Shown: one piece after another, positions 22,033 through 34,775 of the stretch
Layout of the letters: each line of letters opens with the position of its first letter
How positions within the stretch are numbered: position 1 is the stretch's first letter
Notes under the pieces: model-generated
Told to the model about the DNA's origin: nothing
Databases searched by the model: none
The model's input: the letters and a program-made list of their open reading frames with translations, nothing else
Translations under genes and position numbers: made by a program
DNA from: Octopus sinensis
Taxonomy: Eukaryota
Assembly (NCBI RefSeq): GCF_006345805.1
Contig: NC_043000.1
Location: 74,152,001-74,216,000 of the forward strand
Direction of reading: 5' to 3'
Length of the DNA stretch: 64,000 nt

Positions 22033-25000
22033 TAGGGAATTTCGATGTTTTAAAAAGAGAAAGAGAACTTGGAACTTAAGAGAGACTGCTGATTTTGAAC
22101 TTTGTACTGAATGTAAACAAAACAATTGTCTTAAAAAAAAAGGGGAGAAAAAAGACCGAACTGTATTGAGTCAAATGTTGAACGATTTGTGTTTTTTTTT
22201 TGCGAACTCTGTATTGTGTTTAAATGCATTTGATTTGGTTTTCGAACTGTGTTATGTTTAAATGCAATTGATTGTTTTTCGAACTCTGTGTATGATTTGT
22301 CAACCTTTGTTTTGAAAACAAATTGTTAAATTACGCAACCTCCGCCTGCTGTGTCTCTTGTTGTTGTGTTTGCCCCCCCCCTCCATGGTGGATTTCTGGT
22401 TTGCTGAGCGCTGTTGCAAGTGGGCTGTTCCCGGAGTGAGGGCCTGTGGTGGCATCGTAAGGCCTAGGGCTCGCGTGGCGGCATAACAACTGGTGTCAGA
22501 AGTGGGATTTTAATTGCTGCAGTTGATCGGTTGTTTGCCATGGATTTGGTGGAGGCACGAATGAGGAGCCAGACCGGAGAGAAAGAGATCTCACTGGCTA
22601 TGATTGTGGAGATGCTGAAGGACCAGACAACACAGCTAGACACATTCATGGGAAGGCTTGAGAAGAGGCAACAGGGCTTACGGGAAGATCCCCAGGTGCT
22701 TGAGGATGCAGATGGGTCAGCTTTAGAGGATGAGTGTTGAACATGTGGTAAGGGTGGACACATGGGTGGAGATTGCCCGGCAAGTGAGAAGGAAAATCAA
22801 GGTGACCAGGAGGAACTTTGTGTTGCTGAACCTGTTGTGGTTGTTGAACCGGTAGTGGTTGCTGGACCCAAAGTGCTTGCTGGAGCTGTAGTGGTTGCTA
22901 AATCTGAAGAGACTGCTGAGTCTGAGGTTGCTGAACCCAAAGTTGCTGTTGCTGTTCCATGTCTTAATCCTTTAACATCTGGACCCCTGTCTCCTGGGAC
23001 TCAGGATGACTGTGTGGTGCCCATTGGGGAGAAGCCACAGGCGTGGATGGACTGTCGGCTGAACGTGCGTTCCGGGAAGCCTTCGGTGCAGAAGGCAGTA
23101 AAGAGGACCAAGCCTGGTAGCGAGGCGAGAGCGCTGCGGATGATGGTAGGACCACCAAGATCAAGAAGACTGCTCCAGTGTCGGGTGAGCTTTGTGTTTG
23201 ATGGCTGCTTGGGGCTGGAGGAGCCCGACTGGCAGTGCACGCTGAAAGCTCGAGTGAGGGTCGGGCGGACCCTAGTAGAGGCGGGAGCTGACAGCGCTGA
23301 TTGGGTCAGCCAATTTCTTGGAAGTGACACAAGCGATTTGTAGAGGGCAAATCGAGGGACTATGCCAGGCGGTGGACCAGCGTCGGGGTCAGTTGTGTCA
23401 CTACAGGAGGGCAGTTGAAGGAGGTGGTGGTCTGCCCGTGCAGTTGCAGAAGCGGTTCGCAAGGTGTCGCCAGTGCTTGGTGGGCACTTGGGTGTTGCGG
23501 AGGAAGCAGTTGTTGGCGAAGTGTGCAGGATGTTGGTTGCATGGACCTGGCGGAGCGCTATATCGACCCGGGCAGCCATCGCTCAGAAGATGGTCCCAGT
23601 TCGGCAGCGAGAAATGAAAGGAGATCGACAACAGGGGACAGTGAAAAAGTCGAGCGGTCCCTGGTCGTTAGCAATTGTTGTGCAGAATGGGGATGGCGCA
23701 GCAAGATGTTATGTAGACTATAGAGCCCTGAGAGAGGTGGCTGCCGTGAAGGATTGGCCGGTCCCTGCTTGTGTGAGGGAGTTAAGGAGTTTCCTCAGAC
23801 TGTGCACCTATTATAGGTGCCTCATAGGAAGCTTTGCGACGTTGGCTGCACCGTTACACAAGATACAGAGGAAAGATGCTGATTTATGGCCAGTGGTAAA
23901 GTGGCGGCAGCAGGAAGCAGCGAGACCATCTTGGGAGGAGATGTCCAGGCTCAGCCCTGAAACTAAGAACTATTGGTGCCAGTGGGACCTTTGTTTGAGC
24001 GACGGGTTGCTTGAGAGGCACCCGATGACCTCAGTGAGCACTGGCAGTTGGTGGTACCCATGAAGATGAAACTTGAGCTGCTGGAAGAAGCTCACAGCCA
24101 GGTTGCAAGTGGACATCTGCAGGAAGGGCTGACTGGAGTACACCAACAGGTTGGAGAGGCTCTGAAGTTTTCGGGTGAGGTGATGAAGCGTCAGCATGGC
24201 ACCAAGACTAGTGAGGTTTTCTCCGAAAATTGAGCAGGCGACCATGGGTCTGTCCTGTTCAGCTGGAGCACGCCTTCAGAGGTTTGGCTCACCCATTGAA
24301 GTCGTCTGGAGATACGACTGTAGTGTGCTTTTGTCGGGTCGACAAAGCCTAGGGAGGGGGTAGTGTTACGGAGGCAAGAAAAAGGTAAACAAACAGAAAG
24401 TATTATGCCCCTTATTCCATTAGTTGGAATTGAACCGGCGCTCCAGTTGTTCAGGACAATGGTACTTCCCTTTGTCTTGTCACTACCACAACAATTAATG
24501 ATCCTAGGCAGCGACCTTTGATCCCAACACCGTCACGGAAAGTTTTTTAAAAAATGAAAATGCTACCCTATATAAATGCAGCTGGCATTGGGTTAGTTGG
24601 TCAGTTGGCGCGGGAGAGCCAGCAGGGAGTGAATTGCAAATAGTTAGTCGGCGCGGGACAGCCAGCAGGGAGCGAATTGGAGATAGTCAGTTGGCGAGAG
24701 TCAGTCAGCCAGAGCGGAGCGGATAAGGGAGTGAGATGGAGATGGTGGGGTCGGCGAGAGGCAACGACAAAGATGACAAGCGTGGTCTGGAGAAAGACAG
24801 ACAGTGAATGTAAGAGATGACAGTGAAGGGGGCAGAGAGAAGCTGGACTGATATAGTGGGAGTTTTGTGATGATTCAGGGAAGTATTGCGGACGAGGTAA
24901 TGTTTGTTTATGTTTGAATTTCGATGTTTAACTGTTTTAAAAAAAGAAAAGAAAGAGAACCTGGAACTCAAGAGAGACTGCTGATTTTGAACTTTGTACT

Positions 25001-25398
25001 GAATGTAAACAAAACGATTGTCTTAAAAATAAGGGGGCAAAAAAAGACCGAACTGTATTGAGTCAAATGTTGAACGATTTGTGTTTTTTTTTTTGCGAAC
25101 TCTGTATTGTGTTTAAATGCATTTGATTTGGTTTTTCGAACTGTGTTATGTTTAAATGCAATTGATTGTTTTTCGAACTCTGTGTATGATTTGTCAACCT
25201 TTGTTTTAAAAACAAATTGTTAAATTACGCAACCTCCGCCTGCTGTGTCTCTTGTTGTTGTGTTGGCTTCTGGCTGCGCCCCCCCCCCCACTTCCATGGT
25301 GGATTTCCGGTTTGCTGAGCGCTGTCGCTAGTGGGTTGTTCCCGGAGTGAGGGCCTGTGGTGGCATCGGAAGGCCTAGGGCTCGCATGCGGGATAACA
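22033..25398 (+). mobile_element. Internally deleted Gypsy/Ty3 LTR retrotransposon with truncated 5' LTR
   Basis: 5' LTR remnant 22033-22488, PBS, CCHC knuckle relic (C*TCGKGGHMGGDC), protease-like ALVEAGA, RT pieces (YVDYRAL, WPVP..VRELRSFL), PPT agggagggggg, 3' LTR 24364-25398 (TG...CA). Confidence 0.9.
22491..22508 (+). other. Primer-binding site complementary to a tRNA-Leu 3' end
   Basis: TGGTGTCAGAAGTGGGAT, 2 nt after the LTR-terminal CA; complement of ...ATCCCACTTCTGACACCA. Confidence 0.8.
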
Positions 25399-25899
25399 AT
25401 GTATATATCTATATATATAAAACTCAACTTGTGTGTCTGTGTGTTTAACTTCCCGGCACATCTCCTCCTAGCCAAGAAATCGTAGAACCACCAAAAATGG
25501 GTCACTTAAAGTTTAGGCGAATGAAAATTGAACTGCGCTATTTCTGTTCTGAAATTCATCTAGCAAGTGCAAAAATTGATAATGTGTTTGTTTAGGCCTT
25601 ATCCTATACATTGAATAGTGAACTTTACTCAGTCAGCTGTTTGACGTGAACTGTGTTCACCACGCGTGCAAGCATGTGTAAATTGCATGAAAAATAAAAA
25701 ATCAAGATATAAAAACGAATCGCCGTAAACATTGTAGAAATTCGGCAAAGAAATGAATTTTCAGGATGTAGCCTGGAGGGTTTTTTCGTATTAATCGTTT
25801 GGACTTTGTGAACATATACCAATTGTTTTCATAACATTTTTAACGCTTTGAATTAAATGTGACCATTTTGCATTGAGTCTGCAGTTTGAATCACTTTAA

Positions 25900-28800
25900 C
25901 CCTTTCGTTACTATATTTCTGACCAAAATGAGTTTCAATTAAATTCTAAAATAATCATGAATTTAGGCTTGTTTCATTAAATAACTGTAACTCTTTTACT
26001 TATCAAGATATTAATGTGATATTTGGAACATAATTAAAGAACGGGTTCTTAATCAATTCTATTGCATAACTTTTGTCTCAAAGGGACTTTAATTACATAT
26101 AAATCCAGGTAAATTGAGCAAAAGGTAAAAATATTAAAATTTTATATAAACATCACCATAGAAAATGAATCATCAGCTAATATTCAATTGGGTATGCAAC
26201 AAAATTTTGATAAAGAAGAATTGTGCACATCACTAGATCATCAGTTGAATTTAATGCACAACTGAACAGATGTACCATAAAGGTGGAATAAACTGAAATA
26301 CTGGAATCCACCTAAATCCACCGCAAGTTTGACCGAACTAAAGAAATTGGCCAAAAAATAATATACGGCCTTGATTATGGTATGGAAGTGATAAATTCCA
26401 GACCACATCGTACCCTAGGCCATGCTGACTAATAACTATTTTCCCTGTATAAAAACTAAATCCACAGCAGTACCCAGTATTTGCTTCACAAATTTTCCAA
26501 ATTTGATCCCCCATTTTGTGTTTGTTTACAATCTGCGTAAATTTGTTTCCGAAGTGATCGCTTCAAACAAGCATACTGTAAAAAATAAAAGTCTAATGGT
26601 TTTGCTCCCTAAGAAAGACTATAGATAAACTCTATCTCCTCAGAAAAATTGCTAATAAAAACATTTAAAAAGTTTTTTACTTCATTTCAATGTAAAATCG
26701 TCTTTGCTGTCGCTATCGCCGCTTTGTTTCTTCGGAATCACTGCTTTTCAGTTCGGATACCAAGATATCCTATTCATTCTTGTACACCATGTACTTTTGC
26801 ACCTCATTCATTCTTTTTCTCGATATCTCCCTCTTTTCCATTGAAAAAGCTCTAACTTCGGAATCAATGCTTGATAACATGAAACTCCTATCCGTTTGCA
26901 AAGTTGAAGAAAAATTGATGCCGAAAATAATGTGGAAAAAAATCTCCCAAACTTCACTGGGTTCAGATATCAGGTCAAGCAATGTTGGATACTATAAACC
27001 AACTATTTACAAAGTGAAATCACGTGTTTTAACAAATGTACTAACGAGATTTGGGTTCAAATTTACATTTAAATAACAATAGAACGAAAAAATGGTGAAT
27101 TTATCCGGTCTTACATGCTTATAAGACCACACATCGAAACATTGGATAACATAATTGAAAATTATTGTGGCAAGGCTGATGAGGATGAAGAGGATGTAAT
27201 AGAGAAGGAACCCGGAAGTCTCTGTGATCCAGGGGTTCCTCAGGAAAATGGATCACCTACCCTGGTGAACGACCAGGTAGTGAGGGATAGGGGAGCCAAG
27301 GGAGCAGAAACCGGAAGCCCCCCTGTACCAGTGGTCCTACAAAGAAACGAGGAATCAGAAAAACAGAAGAAAAAAGGGAGGACCGAAAACAAAAATAAGG
27401 AGGGAAATGGAAGAAAAGGCAAAACTACCAAAGCTGAAACCCCAACCCACCACACAAACAGCAGAGAACCCCATGGAGGATCCAATGCCACCCAGTACAC
27501 TTCAGGAAAGAAGGAATCTGGAAGGTACCGAAGAACCTGTAAGTTCTACCTGCGGGGCAAATGTTGGTATGGGGAGGACGGCAAAAACTGCCGGTTCGCC
27601 CACCCGACACCCCGCCAGAACTTCAGGGGACTCAAAGAAAAGAGCTTTACTGAAGGAAGACAACAAATATCTACCAGAAAAACTCTCAGAAAAGAAGTGT
27701 GCTCCTCAGATGTTCTGCGCAATGCAGCAGCTGAGCAAGAGTCTTTTTTATGCATGGCGCAAAGAATTGTCCGGCAACTAACATGGCTACACCAAGCACA
27801 GAGAAGGAACCCTGCCCACCACTATGCAAGACCACCACAGTCAACAGACATGGGATGGCCTCCCCTAACGCCTGCACAGCCGTCATCCTAATACTTTTAC
27901 TAAATATTGGGAGCCTGTTACATCAAAATAGAAACAAAATTTCTTTCCTGAGAGATTTTACTGCATGCAATCAAGCCCAATGCATAGCACTCGTGGAAAC
28001 TCACCTCAGCCCTGATATAGAGGACACAGAAGTACACATACCAAACTATGCCATACTGTGAACAGACAGAAGGGAAAGGAGCCATGGTGGAGTTGCTGTA
28101 TACATCCGAGATGACCTCACACCCCAGGTCTTAATGACATACTCAAATTCGGTATGTGACACTTTAATTGTATACATAAGACAACATAATATAATCATAT
28201 GCAATACATATTGCCCACCGGATGCTCCAAATCACATAGGCAAGTTTGAAGATTGCTTCACAAGAATTAAAAAAATCCTCATGAATCTGGAACACCATGT
28301 GACCATATTTCTTATGGGTGATTTCAACTTCCCCAACGTCAAATGGCCCGAAGGTCTCATACTCTCAGGAATGAATCATTTCAAGCAAGTACAGGTGGAG
28401 TCCCTGCTCAACCTCACCAACGCCTTATTCGTGGAGCAAGTTGTACTCAAACCAACTAGGGCAAATAACATTCTGGATCTCTGCTTCACGAACAATATGG
28501 ACATCATTCATGATGTGAAAGTTACACCGACATTAGTTTTGGATCACAACATAATAGAGCTGTCTATGTTTGGGCCAAAAGTAACCAGAGGCATACAGCC
28601 TAAAGGAAGCACCCGAAATATCTCCAATCTGAACTTCCACAAAGCAGATTGGAAATCGATCCAAAAGGAGATCCTCAGAGAGGACTGGCCGGAATGTCTC
28701 TCCACACCAGACATTGACATGAAACTAGAATGTTTCATGTCTTCTGTGCAAGCCTTATGCCAGAAATATGTCTCAGAGCACAAGGCCAAAACAAATAGGA

Positions 28801-30989
28801 GCAAGATTCGAAGAGACGGGAAGATCCTCATGAGACGACGGACGAAGGTTGCAAAGCGTCTCAACCAACATCCCAAAAGTAGCGAAACGTCCCGCCTAAA
28901 AACAACACTGATGGAGATCGGAAAAGGCTGCAACAATCCTATATGAGAGAGAAAGCAGACAAAGAAGCCTGGGTTATAAAAAACATTAAATCAAACCCAA
29001 AGGCCTTCTTTCATTACGCGAAAGAAACAATGTCAGTACACTACAAGATAGGACCCCTCCTCCAAAAGGATGGCTCCCTCACAGACAGCCCAACTAAGAT
29101 CAGTGAGATGCTGAATGACCAGTTCAAAAGTGTCTTTACCACCCCGTTGGAACACAGACAAGTGAACGAACCAGTGGACTTCTTTGCCGCCTCACCTATA
29201 ACCAGCGAGGTGGTTACAATAGAACATATTGACATTAGCGAAGAAGATGTCCTACTAGCCATAGATGAAGTGGACACTAACTCAACTGCTGGTCCAGATG
29301 GTTTCCCAGCAATCCTCCTCAAAGCGTGTAAGCGTGCCCTGGCAAAACCCCTCAAGATTCTCTTCCAGAGCTTTCTTACAAATGGCAAACTGCCAAGCAA
29401 GCTGAAGGAGGGAATAATATGCCCAATACATAAAGGGCTAAGTAGAGCAGATGCCAATAACTATAGGCCTATCTCTCTGACTTCACACATCAGCAAAGTC
29501 ATGGAACGGATACTCAGTAAGAAACTAATCGCATTCCTTGAGGAAAATAACTTGCTGAGTGATACCCAGCATGGTTTTCGACCAGATAGGAGCTGCCTGA
29601 CCCAGCTCTTACAGCATTATGACTGGGTGTTGAGGCAGTTACTCAACAAATCAAATGTGGACGTAATCTACCTTGATTTTGCAAAAGCTTTTGACAAGGT
29701 GGATCATGATATGATATGCCACAAACTGCGTGACCTCAGTATAGCTGGAAAACTTGGAGTGTGGTTACATGACTTCCTGAAAGATAGGAGTCAGGCAGTA
29801 GTGGTTAATGGAGCCACCTCTATGAACACACAAATAGTGAGTGGTGTTCCACAGGGCATTGTCTTGGGACCACTGCTTTTTATAGTGGCCCTCTCAGATA
29901 TTCCCTCAAGTGCCCTGATAACCACTCTGGCAAGCTATGCAGATGATATGAAAGTCTCGCAGAAAATACAGAACCCCAGCGATGTTGCCCACCTGTAGCA
30001 GGAGTCGGACTCAATCTACAGATGGGCTGAGGATAATAATATGCAGTTTAATGCTGAAAAATTCCAGGCCCTGCGCTACCAGCATCCAAAAGTGAATATT
30101 AAACTTACAGGATACACCGGTCCACAGGGAATTTCAATCCCAGAGCCTAAGTCTGTGAGGGACCTGGGTATCGACATGAGTGAGGATACCTCTTTCTAAG
30201 TGCACCAGGATGGTGACAAAGTGCAGACGACTGGCTGGATGGATCCTAAGAACATTCAGAACCAGAGATAAGGAAACCATGATGGTCCTGTGGGAGACAT
30301 TCGTCCTCAGCTGCCTGGATTACTGCTAATAGCTATGGTCACCCACCAGTGTAAAATTAACAGTGGACCTTGAAGCAATCCAGAGAAGATTCACAAAGAA
30401 GATTGTCTCTTTGCAACAGCTCAGCTACTGGGAAAGGTTGAAACAGCTAAGACTCTACTCCCTGGAGAGAAGACGGGAGATGTATGCAGTAATATATGTC
30501 TGGAAGATCCTGGAAGGAATTGTGCCAAATTTTGGCATTGTAAGCTACACCAATGCTAGAACGGGACGACACTGCATAGTGCCAAAGACCCCAGCATTGC
30601 CATCACGCTTCAGGACCAGCTTCTGCAACAGCCTGGGTTTCAAGGGCCCACAGCTTTTAATATTCTCCCAAAGAGTCTGAGGAACTTGCACAAAGTAGAT
30701 GTAGCATTTTTAAATCAAAGCTAGACATCTTCCTGTCGAGAGTCCCAGATGAACCTACCTCACGGCAAGAGGTGCAAATGAGAGTAGCTATATCAAACTC
30801 CATTCTTCACCAAGTGCCACATATTAGAAGAGGTTCTTCGTAATAACAGTGTAGCACAAAACGCAGTGCATCAGCATGGCTGCAGCTCTGAGCTGAAACA
30901 AAAAAAAAAAATAAGGTTCTCTTGGCCGGGCATGGCCGAGTTTGTATTATGAACCAAAAAATTTTTCGGCCGGGTTAGTAACGAAAGGG
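25900..30989 (-). mobile_element. piggyBac derivative interrupted by a CR1-like LINE
   Basis: CCCTTTCGTTAC TIRs with TTAA on both sides. Minus-strand transposase relic WKICEANTGYCCGFSFYTGK...GLGYDVV...LFLANFFSSVKL at ~26330-26520. Confidence 0.85.
27076..30912 (+). mobile_element. CR1/L2-group LINE, slightly 5'-truncated; ORF1 with CCCH finger, ORF2 with APE endonuclease and RT, broken by stops and frameshifts
   Basis: MGDFNFP, ILDLCF, QHGFR, YLDFAKAFDKV, GVPQG..LGPLLF, YADD; 3' hairpin tail followed by an A-rich end. Confidence 0.92.
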
Positions 30990-31080
30990 TTAACCAAATT
31001 TTAGCAGGCCGGATTTTTGATCATCACGATACATCGCCAGCGACTTCCTGAAACTCTCCCCTGAAATCCCCATTGGGAAA

Positions 31081-31472
31081 TCTATATATATAAAACTCAA
31101 CTTGTGTGTCTGTATGTGACTGGTTTGGTAGCCTTCAACTAACACTATCTCGTTCGAAACCCTGCAGCACAAGTTGACCAAAATTGAGAGTATGATAGAA
31201 GAAGGCTTGCTCTTCATTCTGTAGAAGATAAAATTCAAATCGGACCATGTTAACACCAAAAATTATTTATATCAAAAAGGTGCTTTTTTCTATGGAAATC
31301 CCTATTTTTTACGATTTTTGACTGGTGTGTCACCATTTTTCAGTGTATTTCAACTGGAAAAATCTTCACTTGAAGAGAATAACAAGTTGCATAATGCAAA
31401 ATTTTTACTTTTCAAAAATTCTAATTCTAAAGGGTCGAAACAAACCCAAGCAGCACCGGGTGATACTGCTAG
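31081..31472 (+). mobile_element. Non-autonomous Helitron
   Basis: A|TC...CTAG|T termini with a GC-rich subterminal hairpin-like gcagcaccgggtgatactgc. The same 5' end occurs at ~25408. Confidence 0.7.
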
Positions 31473-31502
31473 TATAATATATATTATATATATGCATATA
31501 TA

Positions 31503-32078
31503 TATGGAAGGTTTACGAAAATAAACAAAAGACGAAGGCAGGTGGAGTACAAACAAATAATGTATTAGTATGGCGCTCAGGAATAGAAATAAAACAAGTC
31601 TTTTACGTTTCGAGCCTACGCTCTTCGACAGAAAGATACACAGAAAAGAAACAAGGAGAGAAAAAATTGCGTGTAGGGGCTATGAGAAAATAAAACGAAA
31701 GGGACAGTTTAAAAAGTTCAATGTTAAAAATGTATAGACATCGTGGTATATTTTAAGGATTTCACATCAATAACAAAGTCACTTTGATCCGTGAAGGAGA
31801 GGTGCAGTCAGAAGGCAGGTATCCTTAGAGGTAAAAAAATCCAATGGAAAGGTAAGAGCTGGTAGTGGTATTGGTAGAATATAGGATAAAAGTGAGACCA
31901 CGTGGGCGCATGATATATAACGGAAGGTTTATGAAAGTAAACAAAAGACGAAGGCAGGTTTATGAAAAATAAACAAAAGACGAAGGCAGGTGGAGTACAA
32001 ACAAATAATGTATTAGTATGGTGCTCAGGAATAGAAATAAAACAAGTCTTTTACGTTTCGAGCCGACGCTCTTCAACA
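31503..32078 (-). mobile_element. Non-autonomous PLE-derived element with direct pLTR-like repeats
   Basis: ~125-bp direct repeat (31503-31630 and ~31960-32078); each unit carries a hammerhead-like motif. Confidence 0.6.
31599..31636 (-). ncRNA. Minimal hammerhead-like motif (variant core CUGUCGAA)
   Basis: TCTTT-CTGTCGAA-GAGC-gtag-GCTC-GAAA-CG-TA-AAAGA; truncated second copy at 32047-32078. Confidence 0.5.
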
Positions 32079-32264
32079 TACAAAATAAGAAAATGGAGAA
32101 ATACACCTTAATCAATAATCAACTACCAGATAATACCCAATCACATAATTTATTAACCAACTACATATGAACATCAAGGTCAAACATAGTAGTACAGAAC
32201 AAAACAATGCACATCAATGAGTGATATGATACAATATGTATAAATAAATATAAATATAAACTAC

Positions 32265-32391
32265 ATCTTACAGCTGTTTCAGCCATGTAGATATGAGTAT
32301 TTCATTATGCTCATATTAGCCAGGTGTGATAAGTTAATATGTGGTTAAAAATGAGACACTTACAATTATATCCCAAGGCCTCTTCAGAGAT
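32265..32391 (-). ncRNA. Type I hammerhead ribozyme with long stem II insertion
   Basis: ATCT-CTGAAGA-GGCC-[~96 nt]-GGCT-GAAA-CAGCTG-TA-AGAT. Confidence 0.8.
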
Positions 32392-33252
32392 TATAAAGTA
32401 CAATCTAAATATGAGTATCAGAGAAGGTACACCCATACAATAATGGGTACATACACATAATATATAATATATACATATAAGTGTATATACCCATGCTCCT
32501 ATATATATATATATACACGTATATACATAATAATATATAATATTATACATACATATATACAAGGTTACAGTTAGTCAAATCAATATATTAGAGTATTACA
32601 ATATACAAACATACACATATCTACATGCAAATGTACATATACAAAGTCAAGCGTTCATTATATTAAGTTACAAAATGCCATTAATATTACTATTATTACC
32701 AATATTATTATCATTATTAATATTATTATTATTATTATTATTAATAACAATACCAGTAAAACAATATGTGCATCACACGGTTCACAGTACATATTAGGTG
32801 GAAAAAATCAGATATAATTCATCAACAGCATAATATAGTGAAATAGCAACATAATAATAATACAGTACAATGCAAAACATTATAGATCAGCAAATACATA
32901 TAAAATGAAAAATATTGATTTACATCATAGAAAAATCCAGAAGTGTACATACATATAAACGCATATAAGTCAGTTTTGACGGTAATATATATTTAGTAGT
33001 AAGTTTAGGAATAATTTAAGATTGGAAGCTCAATACAATTGGCTGGTACATTTGAATTTCAATTGTCTTCGTTACGGTTGGTTTATTAAGATACACTTAC
33101 ATACACAAGTATATGTGCGCTTACATATATATACATAGATAAACTGAAATACAGAAAATACAAGCTTACATACATAACTAAATATGTATATATCCATAAA
33201 TATATATATATATAAACAAATACATATACCCAAAAGCAACCACGCACACATG

Positions 33253-33300
<48 letters not shown>

Positions 33301-34347
33301 CTTTTAACTGAAATAGTATTAAGAATCATTAAGATAATATTAATTGTTAATACAACGAAAGGGGTTGGAAGGGTAATTCGTAATATACAAAAAAGAGGGG
33401 CCTAAAAGGGTAGAAAAACGTAAGGGTTAATAAAAGCAAAGGTTGGAAAATATTCAGATAAAATTTATAAGCAGGGTATAAACTCAATACACAGATTTAC
33501 CAAAACTAGTGTAAAGAAGATGTACGTTATTTGCGTAAGATACATAATTAAAAATTACACCGCATATTCTGTAAACAATTAGAACACCACGAAACTGTCC
33601 AGACATCGACACTTTCAAATGTGATCCCACTCAAACCTCAACTCTGCACAAACCCCAACTCAGCACACCACACATCCACAAACATAAAAACAAAACAAAC
33701 ATAAAGCCTCCAAACCAAAACACCGGAGCCATTCACCATCACAACTCGTACACTCAGACATGAAACACAACCCATCAGAACTCACGCAATCCACATCCAT
33801 CAGTGTACACAAGCCCAACTCCACTCTTACCTTTATTTTTACTTTTATTTCAACTCTTATTTAAGGCACACACCGATAATAACATTTGCATCAAGACTCA
33901 TACATATGTACCCCTACACACAAATACACATACAAGCAACAGACAATCGTACAAATCCAAGATCAACACATACATGCATACATACACCGAAGCACCCCAA
34001 TGTACACCAAAACAACAAACACTCACATACGTCCCCCCACACACAAACACACCACATAAGAAAAATTATCACACCTCCACATGTACACCCACACACACAC
34101 TGCCAATAAACATGCACAGGCACGGGGAAACTGCATCAACATATAATATACACACACACACACAACTATATACATATATACACTAGCGCAAAATCACCCA
34201 TAAAAGCATGAATATATATATAAACGTACGCAGATATACATACAGATAGAATTACAATATACATACAAAGACCATATATATACGGGTGTGGGGGACTACC
34301 AAATTGTATCCGCCAACATTTGTATAAACATACATACACACTCATAT

Positions 34348-34380
<33 letters not shown>

Positions 34381-34531
34381 ACATATACACACATATCCAC
34401 CAGTGAATATATATATATATATTTATAAATATACACATGAACATATGTAGACATACCCACATACACATTCAGAATTACAGATATACATGCCTGCCCACAG
34501 CTTTGGATATACATACATTCATGCGTAACCA

Positions 34532-34775
34532 AACATCGAAGAGTCTGAGGAACTTGCACAAAGTAGATGTAGCGGTTTTTAAATCAAAGGTGGACCTCTT
34601 CCTGTCGAGAGTCCCAGATGAACCTACCTCACGGCAAGAGGTGCAAATGAGTGTAGCTATATCAAACTCCATTCTTCACCAAGTGCCACATATTAGGGGA
34701 GGTTCTTCGTAATAACAGTATAGCACAAAACGGCGGTGCATCAGCATGGCCGCAGCTCTGAGCTGAAACGAAAAA
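34532..34775 (+). mobile_element. CR1-like LINE 3' fragment
   Basis: Matches 30670-30900. Confidence 0.85.

Noticed and set aside
29041-29457. Conserved antisense ORF over the CR1 RT (also 39801-40214)
   Set aside because: Shared only because the two LINE copies are closely related; it is a shadow of the RT frame.
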